DNA of 64,000 nt, from assembly GCA_023436605.1 (NCBI GenBank), contig JAEZIQ010000105.1, forward strand, positions 191 to 64,190, in the 5' to 3' direction. Source of the DNA: Actinomycetes bacterium. Its GTDB lineage: Bacteria > Actinomycetota > Thermoleophilia > Solirubrobacterales > 70-9. Under the pieces are notes generated by a model. That model saw nothing but the letters and a program-made list of their open reading frames with translations. It was not told where the DNA came from and did no database searches. Shown one piece after another: positions 52,229 through 61,145 of this stretch; the first letter of the stretch is position 1, and each line of letters begins with the position of its first letter. A program made the position numbers and the translations under genes.

Positions 52229-54025
52229 CTAGAACCAGGCGTCCTCCATCTCGAGGGTCGTGCGGTCGAGGCTGGCGAGCAGATCGAACTGGGGTCCGGT
52301 CTTCGGTAGTTCGAAGCGGAAGAAGTACCGGGCCGCCTGCCGCTTGCCGTCGTAGAAGTCGCCTTCCTTTCCGGCCGCGGCCAGAAACTGCTCCAGCCAG
52401 ATCCAGGCGATTACCACGTGGCCGGCTGCCTCCAGATAAACGGTGGCATTGGCCAGCGCCAGTTCGGGATTGCGGTCCTCCCAGAGCTTCGCCGTGGTTT
52501 CGGCCAGGCGGCCGAGTGCGGCCTGGAGGTCGGTCGCCAGGTCACCGGCTTCCCCGTCGGCTTCGTAAGCCTTGTTGATCGTCGCGGTGATCGTTTCGTA
52601 CAAGGCTCCGAAAGCCGCCCCGCCCTGCATCGTGACCTTGCGACCGAGCAGGTCAAGCGCCTGGATCCCGTGGGTGCCTTCGTGGATCGGGTTGAGCCGG
52701 TTGTCTCGGTAGTGCTGCTCGACGTCGTATTCGCGGGCGTAGCCGTAACCGCCGTGGACCTGGATCGCCAGGGAGTTCGCCTCGAGGCACCACTGCGAAG
52801 GCCAGCTCTTGGCGATCGGGGTCAGGATCTCCAGCAGAAGCGACGCCTTCGTCTTCTCTCCTTCCGTCGGCGCGGTCATTTCGTCGTCGACAAGACGGGA
52901 GCAGTAGAGCTCGAGCCCTAGCGCCCCTTCGACGTAGCTCTTCTGGGCCAGCAGCATCCGCTTGACATCGGTGTGCTCGGAGATCGCGACCTGCGGGTCC
53001 TCCGGATTCTTAGACGCCAGGGGACGCCCCTGGGGACGCTCACGGGCGTAGCGGAGCGATTTCAGGTAGCCCGTGTAGCCGAGGGCGGTAGCGCCGAGGC
53101 CGACCCCGATCCGGGCCTCGTTCATCATGTGGAACATGTAGGCAAGGCCCCGGTTCGGCTCGCCGATCAGATAGCCGACCGCCCCCGCTTCGCCGCCCGG
53201 TGTGTATTCGCCCTCACCGAACCCGAGCACCGTGTTGACCGTGCCGCGGAAGCCCATCTTGTGGTTGACCCCGGCCAGCACGACATCGTTTCGCTCACCG
53301 ATGCTGCCGTCGTCGTCGAGTAGAAAACGGGGAACGATGAAGAGACTGATTCCCTTTACCCCGGGAGGGCTTCCGGGAATCTTGGCCAGGACCAGGTGAA
53401 CGATGTTCTCACCAAGCTCGTGAGAGCCAGCGCTGATCCACATCTTGTTGCCGAAGATCCGGTAGGTCCCGTCGTCCTGGGGCACCGCCTTGGTCGTGAT
53501 GTCCGAGAGCGAACTGCCGGCCTGGGTTTCGGAAAGGCACATCGTGCCGTGAAAGCGGCCCTCGATCATCGGCTCGACCCAGGTTCTGACCTGCTCCTCG
53601 GATCCGTTGGCGATCAAGAGGTTGGCGGCGCCCGCGGTCAGCATCGGGTATGCGGTGGTGCCGACGTTGGCGGCGTGAAGCCAGGCGAAGATTGCACTGG
53701 AGACGGTTGCCGGCAGTGACATGCCGCCGACTTCCTCGGGCATCGCGGCGCCCATCAGGCCGGTCTCCCCCAGCACCTCGAGAGCTTCGGCCACTTCCGG
53801 AATCAGCACGACCTTCCCGTCTTCCCCGATCGCGGGCTCGTTTAGGTCGGCCTTGCGGTTGTGGGGCTGGAACTGATCGGTCGCGACCTGCTCGGCCAGG
53901 GCCAGGACGTCGTTCCAGTCGTCGACGGTCTGGTCCCGGTAACGGTCCCGTTCGGTCAGGCTGTCGACATCTAGCCACTCGTTGAGCAGAAACTGGACGT
54001 CACGGCGCGAAAGGATGTCGGTCAT
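52229..54025 (-). CDS. acyl-CoA dehydrogenase, large FadE type
   Basis: It is a 598-aa ACAD with an extra C-terminal domain: MCLSETQAGSSLSDITTKA, VNHKMGFRGTVNTVLGFG and IHEGTHGIQALDLLGRK. Confidence 0.9.
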   Translation of the reverse strand: MTDILSRRDVQFLLNEWLDVDSLTERDRYRDQTVDDWNDVLALAEQVATDQFQPHNRKADLNEPAIGEDGKVVLIPEVAEALEVLGETGLMGAAMPEEVGGMSLPATVSSAIFAWLHAANVGTTAYPMLTAGAANLLIANGSEEQVRTWVEPMIEGRFHGTMCLSETQAGSSLSDITTKAVPQDDGTYRIFGNKMWISAGSHELGENIVHLVLAKIPGSPPGVKGISLFIVPRFLLDDDGSIGERNDVVLAGVNHKMGFRGTVNTVLGFGEGEYTPGGEAGAVGYLIGEPNRGLAYMFHMMNEARIGVGLGATALGYTGYLKSLRYARERPQGRPLASKNPEDPQVAISEHTDVKRMLLAQKSYVEGALGLELYCSRLVDDEMTAPTEGEKTKASLLLEILTPIAKSWPSQWCLEANSLAIQVHGGYGYAREYDVEQHYRDNRLNPIHEGTHGIQALDLLGRKVTMQGGAAFGALYETITATINKAYEADGEAGDLATDLQAALGRLAETTAKLWEDRNPELALANATVYLEAAGHVVIAWIWLEQFLAAAGKEGDFYDGKRQAARYFFRFELPKTGPQFDLLASLDRTTLEMEDAWF

Positions 54026-54144
54026 AGACGCAACGCTATCCGCTTCTGATGCATCGCATCTTTTGGCTCGCCACCGGGTTCAGGAGTAGAGTTTCCGGGT
54101 CGAACGCACCGACACGGTTACCAAGAACCAAAGGGAGAGAAAAC

Positions 54145-55407
54145 TTGACACTGGAACTGAACCGCCTTCGCGCCTTCCTGCTCGCGCTGGCCCTGCTCAT
54201 GTCGGCCGGGCTGATCATTGAATCCGTAACCCCCGTTGCCGATGCCGCAAAGAAGTCGAAGCAGAAGAAGAAAGCGAAGAAGGCCAAGAAGGGTCCCCGA
54301 AAGGGCCCGGCCGGGGTGAAGTTCTACACGCCGCCCAAGAAGATGCCTTCGGCTCACGGCAAGCTGATCTGGCAGCGCAAGGCCGGCGGCATCGTTCCCC
54401 TCAAGAACGCTTCCTCAACCAAGCTGGTTCTCTACACGTCGAAGTCGACCTCCGGCAAGACCGTTGCGGTGTCCGGTTCGGTCAGCTTCCCCAAGGGCCG
54501 GCCACCCAAGGGCGGCTGGCCACTCATCACCTGGGGTCACAGCACGACCGGCATCGCCGACAAGTGCGCACCTTCCCGGAACACGAAGAACGGTCCGGTC
54601 GTCGAGGGAATCTCCTACATCGACCCGGTGCTGAACGGTTGGCTCAAAGCCGGATACGCCGTGGCTCGCTCGGATTTCCAGGGCCTCGGGACGCCCGGCA
54701 CCCATCCCTACATTGTCGGTAAGGCGGCCGGCCGTGACGTGCTCGACATAGCCCGGGCCGCCAGGCAACTGGGACCGAAGGTGAGTAACCGATTCGTCAT
54801 TGGCGGCCACTCCCAGGGAGGGCATGCCGCCCTGTTCGCCGCCGGACTCGCCGCGCAGTGGACCCCTGACCTGAAACTGCGCGGGACCGTCGCCTACGCC
54901 CCGGGATCGCAGTTGAAAACCCAGGCCCAGTTCCTCCCCGTCCTGACCGCGCCGAACTCGTTGACCGCGCTGGCCGCAATGCTTTTCCGTGGCGTCAGCA
55001 CTTCCTACCCTTCGCTCGACGCCCAGACCCTGCTGTCGGACGAGATCCTTCCGTTCTACCCGGACACCGGCAAGGAATGTCTTGACCGGCTCTCGGAGCC
55101 CACGCACCTTGGTGGTATTGCGCCCTCGAAGCTGTTCCGTCCCGGTGCCGACCTGACCGAGGTCTACGAGATTCTCGACCAACAGAACCCGGTACTGAAG
55201 ACTGCCGCCCCGATCCTGCTGCTACAGGGAATAAACGACGAGGCGACACCGAAGTTCCTGACCGACCAGCTGAACGCACAGCTGAACGAGATCGGGAACA
55301 CGGTCGATTACCGGACCTACCCGGATGTCGGGCACTTCGACCTGCCGGAAGCGGTTCAGCCCGACGCCCTGGCCTTCCTGAAGGATCGCCTGCCTTCGGG
55401 CCGCTAG
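54145..55407 (+). CDS. secreted lipase (LIP/secretory lipase-like alpha/beta hydrolase)
   Basis: An AAGGGAGAG SD precedes TTG 54145. It has a signal peptide, a Lys-rich linker (AKKSKQKKKAKKAKKGPRKG) and a nucleophile elbow (GGHSQGGHAAL). Confidence 0.7.
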   Translation: MTLELNRLRAFLLALALLMSAGLIIESVTPVADAAKKSKQKKKAKKAKKGPRKGPAGVKFYTPPKKMPSAHGKLIWQRKAGGIVPLKNASSTKLVLYTSKSTSGKTVAVSGSVSFPKGRPPKGGWPLITWGHSTTGIADKCAPSRNTKNGPVVEGISYIDPVLNGWLKAGYAVARSDFQGLGTPGTHPYIVGKAAGRDVLDIARAARQLGPKVSNRFVIGGHSQGGHAALFAAGLAAQWTPDLKLRGTVAYAPGSQLKTQAQFLPVLTAPNSLTALAAMLFRGVSTSYPSLDAQTLLSDEILPFYPDTGKECLDRLSEPTHLGGIAPSKLFRPGADLTEVYEILDQQNPVLKTAAPILLLQGINDEATPKFLTDQLNAQLNEIGNTVDYRTYPDVGHFDLPEAVQPDALAFLKDRLPSGR

Positions 55408-55429
55408 CCCGGGATAAGCATGACGCAAT

Positions 55430-55455
55430 AGAGGGCCCCGGAAACGGGGCCCTCT
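55430..55455. terminator. bidirectional hairpin between convergent lipase and YCII genes
   Basis: AGAGGGCCCC-ggaaac-GGGGCCCTCT forms a perfect 10-bp stem. Confidence 0.7.
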
Positions 55456-55492
55456 CTCCTGTAGTTCCTAAGATCTCGGTCGGCCTTTCTCT

Positions 55493-55918
55493 TCAGGAAC
55501 CCTGCTGCTCCTTGATCTTCTGGTCGAGCGCGGCGTCGCGTTCCTGCAGCTCTTCCGAGTAGGACTCGCCGAAATCCTCAGGCTCGAAGAAGGGACGGAT
55601 CTCGACCGACTCACCGTGGTTGAAGGGGATCCGGCGAGCCCACTCGACCGCCTCCTCGACCGAGGCGACCTCCCAGACCCAGTAGCCGGCAATCAGTTCC
55701 TTGGCTTCAGCGAAGGGACCATCGGTGACTTTGGCTTCGCCGCCGTCGTACGAAATCCGCACGCCCTCTTTGCTCGGATGGAGACCACCGCCGTCCAGCA
55801 TCACGCCGGCATTGACCAGTTCCTCGTTGAAGTCGCCCATTTCCTTCAGGTCCGCCTCCGAAGGCATTACGCCCGCTTCCGTCTCCTCGGTTGCCCTTAC
55901 AAACACCATGCAGCGCAT
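55493..55918 (-). CDS. YCII-related (DGPF) domain protein
   Basis: An AAGGAG SD precedes ATG 55918. It has VTDGPFAEAKELIAGYWVWEV, a typical YCII/DGPF block. This family is commonly paired with the adjacent sigma-factor type. Confidence 0.8.
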   Translation of the reverse strand: MRCMVFVRATEETEAGVMPSEADLKEMGDFNEELVNAGVMLDGGGLHPSKEGVRISYDGGEAKVTDGPFAEAKELIAGYWVWEVASVEEAVEWARRIPFNHGESVEIRPFFEPEDFGESYSEELQERDAALDQKIKEQQGS

Positions 55919-55994
55919 CTGAAACTCCTTTGTGGTCGGGGCCGATTTCTTCGGCCTTTGCATTGACGACGAACGAAACTGCCCGCAATCGACA

Positions 55995-57290
55995 TCAGTT
56001 CGAAAAGTTCTTTGCTTCGATAGCTCGTTTCTCAAATACCCGGCGTTCCTGCTGATTACCCGTCATGCCCGCGGCCCGGGCGAACTCGACTGCCGCTTCC
56101 TCGCGGCGTCCCAGCCTCTCCAGCAGGTCACCCCTTACACCGGGCAGCAGGTAATAGCCCTCCATTCGCCGGTCGACGGCCAGCCGGTCGACAGCTTCCA
56201 GTGCCTTGCCGGGATCCCCGGCCATCGAGACTGCGACCGCCCGGTTCAGTTCGGTTACCGGTGAGTCACCCAGGGCGAGCAGCGCGTCGTAGTGGCCGAC
56301 GATCTCGTTCCAGTCGGTTTCCTCGGCAGTCCTCGCTTTCGCGTGGCAAGCCGCGATCGAGGCCTGGAGAAAGTACGGTCCCTGCCCTCCGAGTTGCCTC
56401 GCGAGTTCGAACCGCCCGAGGCCACGCCGCACCAGCAGGCGATCCCAGCGTGAGCGATCCTGGTCCAGGAGGAGAATCGGCTCCCCGTCGGGGCCGGTTC
56501 TGGCGGGGAAGCGCGAAGCCTGGATCTCCATGAGCGCCAGGAGCCCGTGAACCTCCGGCTCGCCGGGTGCGAGCCCGGCAAGTACCCGGCCCAACCGGAG
56601 CGCCTCGCTCGAGAGCTCGGTCCGCATCCAGCTCTCTCCGGTGGTCGCCGCATACCCCTCGTTGAAGATCAGGTAGATCACACCGAGCACAGTTGCCAGC
56701 CGTGTTCCCATCTCGCTCTCCTCGGGGGATTCGAAAGGGACTTCGGATTCGGCCAGCGTCCGTTTGGCACGGACGATCCGCTGGGCGATGGTCGAGTCCG
56801 AGACAAGAAATGCCCTGGCGATCTCTCCGGTCGAGAGTCCGGTCACGGTTTTCAGGATGAGAGCCACCTGGCTGTCCGATGTAAGAGCCGGGTGGCAGGC
56901 GGTGAAGATCAGGGTCAGCACATCATCACCGATCGTCTCGTCGTTGAAGGCCGTTTCGTCAGGCCCCGGCTCGGGTTCCTTTCGTTCGAGTTCGGTCGCT
57001 ATCCGGCCGTACTTTTCCTCCAGGTTTCGGTCCCGCCGGATACGGTCGATACCCCGGTTCCTGGCCGTGGTCATAAGCCATGCCGCCGGGTTGTCCGGCA
57101 CTCCCGATGTCGGCCAGGTTTCGAGCGCTGCCACCATCGCATCCTGAGCCATGTCCTCGGCCAGACCGACGTCGCCGACGAGGCGGGCAAGCGTCGCGGT
57201 CAGACGAGCCGATTCGATTCGCCAGACCGCTTCGACCGTGGCAGCCGTGGCCGCGGCGGAAGGGCTGGATGTTGCGCGGGTCCCTGGCAT
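55995..57290 (-). CDS. ECF-like sigma-70 family factor with extended C-terminal (DUF6596/TPR-like) domain
   Basis: It has a region 2 (AWLMTTARNRGIDRIRR) and a region 4 (LILKTVTGLSTGEIARAFLVSDSTIAQRIVRAKRTL), followed by a C-terminal extension of about 220 aa. ATG 57290 lies 6 nt after TATCGT. Confidence 0.8.
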   Translation of the reverse strand: MPGTRATSSPSAAATAATVEAVWRIESARLTATLARLVGDVGLAEDMAQDAMVAALETWPTSGVPDNPAAWLMTTARNRGIDRIRRDRNLEEKYGRIATELERKEPEPGPDETAFNDETIGDDVLTLIFTACHPALTSDSQVALILKTVTGLSTGEIARAFLVSDSTIAQRIVRAKRTLAESEVPFESPEESEMGTRLATVLGVIYLIFNEGYAATTGESWMRTELSSEALRLGRVLAGLAPGEPEVHGLLALMEIQASRFPARTGPDGEPILLLDQDRSRWDRLLVRRGLGRFELARQLGGQGPYFLQASIAACHAKARTAEETDWNEIVGHYDALLALGDSPVTELNRAVAVSMAGDPGKALEAVDRLAVDRRMEGYYLLPGVRGDLLERLGRREEAAVEFARAAGMTGNQQERRVFEKRAIEAKNFSN

Positions 57291-57315
57291 GGACCCACGA
57301 TATTGATTTGACCTT

Positions 57316-58146
57316 CTAGCGCTGGACGCGTTCCTCGTAGGCGGCCCTGGCAGCTGGGTCGACGTCGGTGTAGATCCGGTCGACCTTGGTCCAGTGCCCC
57401 ACCTTGATGCCAACCACCGGCGGCAGAATCGAGATCAGGCGCGAAAGAAAGTAGCTGGAGCGGGGCAGCGCAACCCGGGGTTTTTGTCCCTCCACCGCCG
57501 CCACGATCCCCGCGGCCATCTCCTCCGGCTTCAGCATCGAGACCAGCGGCGAGGAGGAGGTGCCGTCCATCATCCCGGTGTCGACCGGACCTGGCATGAC
57601 GCAGGTGAACACGAGTCCCTTTTCGTCGAACTCGTAGCGCATCGACTCGGTGAAACCGACCACACCGAACTTCGATGCGGAATAGGCGGCCAGCCCGGCC
57701 ACACCCATGACACCGGCCAACGAGGCGACGTTGACGACGTGTCCTTTGCGCCTCGGTTCCATCAGGCGAATCGCCTCGATGGTGCCGTTCATCACGCCTT
57801 TGAGGTTGATGTCGATCGTGCGATCGGTGATTGCCGGATCCTGATCGAGGATCGTCGGTGAGGCCGAGGCGATTCCGGCGTTGTTGACCATCACGTCCAT
57901 CGGACCGAACTCGGATTCGACCATCTCGAGATGATTTCGAAAGGCTTCGCGATCGGTCACATCGAGTCCGTAACCGGAGGCCTTCTCCCCCAGTTTCGCG
58001 GCTTCGTCCGCGGCGAGCTCGCCGTCGATATCCGACATGACCACGCGGTGGCCGCGTCCGGCGAGGATCGCGGCCGTCGCCAGGCCGATCCCCCGTGCTG
58101 CTCCTGTGATCACGATCGTCTTCGGTCCGGCCTGATGCGTGCTCAT
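57316..58146 (-). CDS. short-chain dehydrogenase/reductase (SDR)
   Basis: It has TGAARGIGLA (cofactor motif), NNAG and the YSASK catalytic motif. Confidence 0.85.
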   Translation of the reverse strand: MSTHQAGPKTIVITGAARGIGLATAAILAGRGHRVVMSDIDGELAADEAAKLGEKASGYGLDVTDREAFRNHLEMVESEFGPMDVMVNNAGIASASPTILDQDPAITDRTIDINLKGVMNGTIEAIRLMEPRRKGHVVNVASLAGVMGVAGLAAYSASKFGVVGFTESMRYEFDEKGLVFTCVMPGPVDTGMMDGTSSSPLVSMLKPEEMAAGIVAAVEGQKPRVALPRSSYFLSRLISILPPVVGIKVGHWTKVDRIYTDVDPAARAAYEERVQR

Positions 58147-58194
58147 GGCGCCATTCTCGCACACGTGACACGACGCCTTGTCAGTTGGTCTTCG

Positions 58195-58836
58195 TCAGTC
58201 GAGGAGCCGACCGGCTACCGCGGAGAACGCGGCGATCTGGTTCTCGATCAGATCCTCGAGGGAGATGTCGAGGTAACCGAGCACGTAGTCGATCAGCTGC
58301 TCGTTGACCGAACCAACCAGCCCCAGCGCGATCACGTCGAGCCGCAAGGGTCCGATCTGCTCCTTGCCGCCCAGCTCCCGGGTGCGGTCGGCGACGATTC
58401 CGGCGAAGGCGTGGATCGAGTCCCGGCGTTTCTTCTCCAGCTCCGGACTGACTCCCACGACCTCGATCTCCTGGATCCGGGCCCGTCGGGGATCGCGGGT
58501 GAGTTCGTGGGCAAAGGCCGACAGACCGGCCCGCATCGAGGACTCAAGGTCATCGCCCGCGCCGCGAATCGCTTCCAGGGTCGCCTTTCGGCAGTCCGCG
58601 AGAACCATCGAGAAGATCTCGTCGAGGAGGTCCTCCCGGTCGTCAAAGGCCTCGTAGAAATACCTCTCCGTCAGGCCGGCCTCTTCGCAGATCGCCTTGA
58701 CCGGGGTGTTCCCGTAGCCACGGGTGCCGAACAGTTCAACCCCGGCCTCGATCAGTCGCTGGCGTCGCTCGGCCTGCCGCTGCTCGATCGTCTGGCCGCG
58801 CCACGTCCTCGTGTTCTCGGAGGTCGGTTCCGCCAT
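58195..58836 (-). CDS. TetR-family transcriptional regulator
   Basis: It has an HTH (RQRLIEAGVELFGTRGYGNTPVKAICEEAGLTERYFYEAFDDRE). The start codon is 1 nt after the SNF2 stop. Confidence 0.8.
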   Translation of the reverse strand: MAEPTSENTRTWRGQTIEQRQAERRQRLIEAGVELFGTRGYGNTPVKAICEEAGLTERYFYEAFDDREDLLDEIFSMVLADCRKATLEAIRGAGDDLESSMRAGLSAFAHELTRDPRRARIQEIEVVGVSPELEKKRRDSIHAFAGIVADRTRELGGKEQIGPLRLDVIALGLVGSVNEQLIDYVLGYLDISLEDLIENQIAAFSAVAGRLLD

Positions 58837-58837
58837 C

Positions 58838-61105
58838 TCAGCCCGCGTTTCGCAACTCCACCAGTTCGGCCAGGTCCTCGTTCGACAGTTCGGTCAGAGC
58901 GGCCTCGCCGGTGCTGACGATCGCGTCGGCGAGTTCACGCTTGACTTCGTGGATCGAGGCGATGCGATCTTCAATCGTGCCTTCGGCGATCAGGCGATGC
59001 ACCTGGACCGAGTTCTCCTGGCCGATACGGTGGGCGCGGTCGGTCGCCTGCTCTTCCACGGCCGGGTTCCACCAGCGGTCGTAATGGATCACATGGTCGG
59101 CCCGGGTCAGATTGAGCCCGGTGCCGGCCGCCTTCAGTGAGAGCAGGAACACGGGGACTTCGCCGTCCTGGAAGCGCTCGACCATCCGCTCGCGCTGCCG
59201 GACCGCGGTTCCACCGTGGAGCAGCATCGCGTCGATGCCTCGTTCATCGAGATGGCGGGCAAGCAGTCTTGCCATGGCCACATACTGGGTGAAGACGAGG
59301 ACGGAACTGTCTTCACTGAGGATCGTGTCGAGCAGCTCGTCCAGCAATTCGAGCTTGCCGGAGCGCTCATCGAGCTTGCCGTTCTCCTCGCCAAGGAACT
59401 GCACCGGGTGGTTGCAGATCTGCTTCAGCGAGGTCAGCAGCTTGAGCACCAGGCCGCGACGGTTGATGCCTTCGGCGGTGCGGATCTGGAGCATGTTCTC
59501 CCGCACGGCAGCTTCGTAAAGCTTGATCTGCTCGGGAGTAAGGGCCACCGGCTGGTCGGTGATCGTCTTCGGCGGCAGTTCCGGCGCGATGCCCGGATCC
59601 GACTTCCGGCGTCTCAGCAGGAACGGCCGGACCAGGCGGTTGAGCAGACGGGTCGCCGCTTCGCTCGCCTCGAGCTCGATTGGGTCGGCCCACTTCTTGC
59701 GGAACGAACCGAGGCTGCCGAGCAGGCCGGGCGTAGTCCAATCGAGGATCGCCCAGAGTTCGCTCAGGTTGTTCTCCACCGGGGTACCGGTCAGGGCGAC
59801 CCGCGAGCGGGCGGGAATCGTCCTCAGCGCCTTGGCTGCTGCGGACCTTGGGTTCTTCACGTGCTGGGCCTCATCGGCCACCAGCAGCCCCCAGGGCACG
59901 GCCTCGAAGCGCTCGGCGTCGAGTCGCATCGTGCCGTATGTGGTCAGGACGAAGCCGCCCGTGATCTGGTCGAGGCTGCGGTTCGGCCCGTGGTAGCGAC
60001 GGACTGCCTCGGTCGGCGCGAAGCGCTGGATTTCACGCTCCCAGTTGCCTAGCAGCGAGGCCGGGCAGACGACCAGGGTCGGGCCTGCGGTCTGTGGGTT
60101 CAGTCGTCGGTGAAGGTGCAGCGAGATCAGCATCACCGTCTTGCCCAGGCCCATGTCATCGGCCAGGCAGCCACCGAGGCCGAGCGATGTCATCCGGTGG
60201 AGCCACCGGAGCCCCTCGACCTGGTACTCGCGAAGGGTCGCATTGAGGGCTTCGGGTGGGTCGATCTGACCGGACTGCTCTTCGCCGGTCACCTGTTCCC
60301 GGAGCTGGGCAACCCAACCTTTGGCTTCGACCTCAACGCGTTCGCCATCAACTACCGTGCTGCCGGTAAGGGCGACGCTCAGCGCATCGATCGCGGTCAG
60401 GGGCTTCAGGTCGGGATCCCGGGCCCGGTCCGCCATCGCCCGGGGCACGAGGACCCAGCGTTCGCGCAGACGGACGATCGGACCGTCCGCATCGGCGACC
60501 TCCGCCATCTCCTCGTCGCTCAGCGGCACACCCCCCAAGGAGAGCTGCCAGGAGAAGCCCTGCAGCGCGTTCTGGTCGAAAACGTCGGGAACGCTCTGGC
60601 TGAGCCGTCCACTGCTGCCGACCACGACCTTGGCATCGAGCGACTGGTCGAGGTCCGGATCCCACTCGAGGGCGATTCCCGAGGCTTCGAGCCGTTCGGC
60701 GGCGCCGTCGAGCAGGTCGAGCACTTCTTCGTCTCTCAGTTCGAGCCGGTCAGGGACGTCGGCTTCGAGCAGGCTGCGGAGCGGCGCCCAGGCAGCGGCG
60801 GCCATGCCGACCCCCATGGTCGTGTCGATCCTTCCGCGGGAACCGAACTCCTCTTTGTCGCGGGTCCAGAGTTCGGCTACGTCCTCGAACTCACCGGGCC
60901 GGTCCGGCGGGTGGGTCCGGACGACCATTTCGAAGGGCCGGATCCGGTAGAGACCGTCGGATGCTCCAACCCGCAACCGGATTGGCACATCCTTCCGCTT
61001 CGGGCGCGGGTTTGCGCCACCGTTGGCGCCAGCGCGCCCGGGCGCGTCACCGGTTCTTGGGAGTGATGAGGAAGGAGACAAAAGCGGCCAGACATTGTAT
61101 GTCAA
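58838..61105 (-). CDS. SNF2-family DEAD/H helicase (ATP-dependent translocase)
   Basis: It has motifs LREYQVEGLRWL, DDMGLGKT, DEAQHVKN, LTGTPVENN and QATDRAHRIGQ. An N-terminal region of about 280 aa is of unclear function. The true start is uncertain; the in-frame candidates are TTG 61105, GTG 60988 and ATG 60928. Confidence 0.85.
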   Translation of the reverse strand: MTYNVWPLLSPSSSLPRTGDAPGRAGANGGANPRPKRKDVPIRLRVGASDGLYRIRPFEMVVRTHPPDRPGEFEDVAELWTRDKEEFGSRGRIDTTMGVGMAAAAWAPLRSLLEADVPDRLELRDEEVLDLLDGAAERLEASGIALEWDPDLDQSLDAKVVVGSSGRLSQSVPDVFDQNALQGFSWQLSLGGVPLSDEEMAEVADADGPIVRLRERWVLVPRAMADRARDPDLKPLTAIDALSVALTGSTVVDGERVEVEAKGWVAQLREQVTGEEQSGQIDPPEALNATLREYQVEGLRWLHRMTSLGLGGCLADDMGLGKTVMLISLHLHRRLNPQTAGPTLVVCPASLLGNWEREIQRFAPTEAVRRYHGPNRSLDQITGGFVLTTYGTMRLDAERFEAVPWGLLVADEAQHVKNPRSAAAKALRTIPARSRVALTGTPVENNLSELWAILDWTTPGLLGSLGSFRKKWADPIELEASEAATRLLNRLVRPFLLRRRKSDPGIAPELPPKTITDQPVALTPEQIKLYEAAVRENMLQIRTAEGINRRGLVLKLLTSLKQICNHPVQFLGEENGKLDERSGKLELLDELLDTILSEDSSVLVFTQYVAMARLLARHLDERGIDAMLLHGGTAVRQRERMVERFQDGEVPVFLLSLKAAGTGLNLTRADHVIHYDRWWNPAVEEQATDRAHRIGQENSVQVHRLIAEGTIEDRIASIHEVKRELADAIVSTGEAALTELSNEDLAELVELRNAG

Positions 61106-61145
61106 TGGCGCGGCGGGCTCGGCTACCTACCCCTTCGCGGTTCGA

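Noticed and set aside
61094-61105. TTGACATACAAT (minus strand) looking like consensus -35 and -10 hexamers
   Set aside because: The two hexamers are directly adjacent, with no 16-18 nt spacer, so they cannot work as one sigma-70 promoter. I noted it only as a reason to doubt the TTG start of the SNF2 gene.
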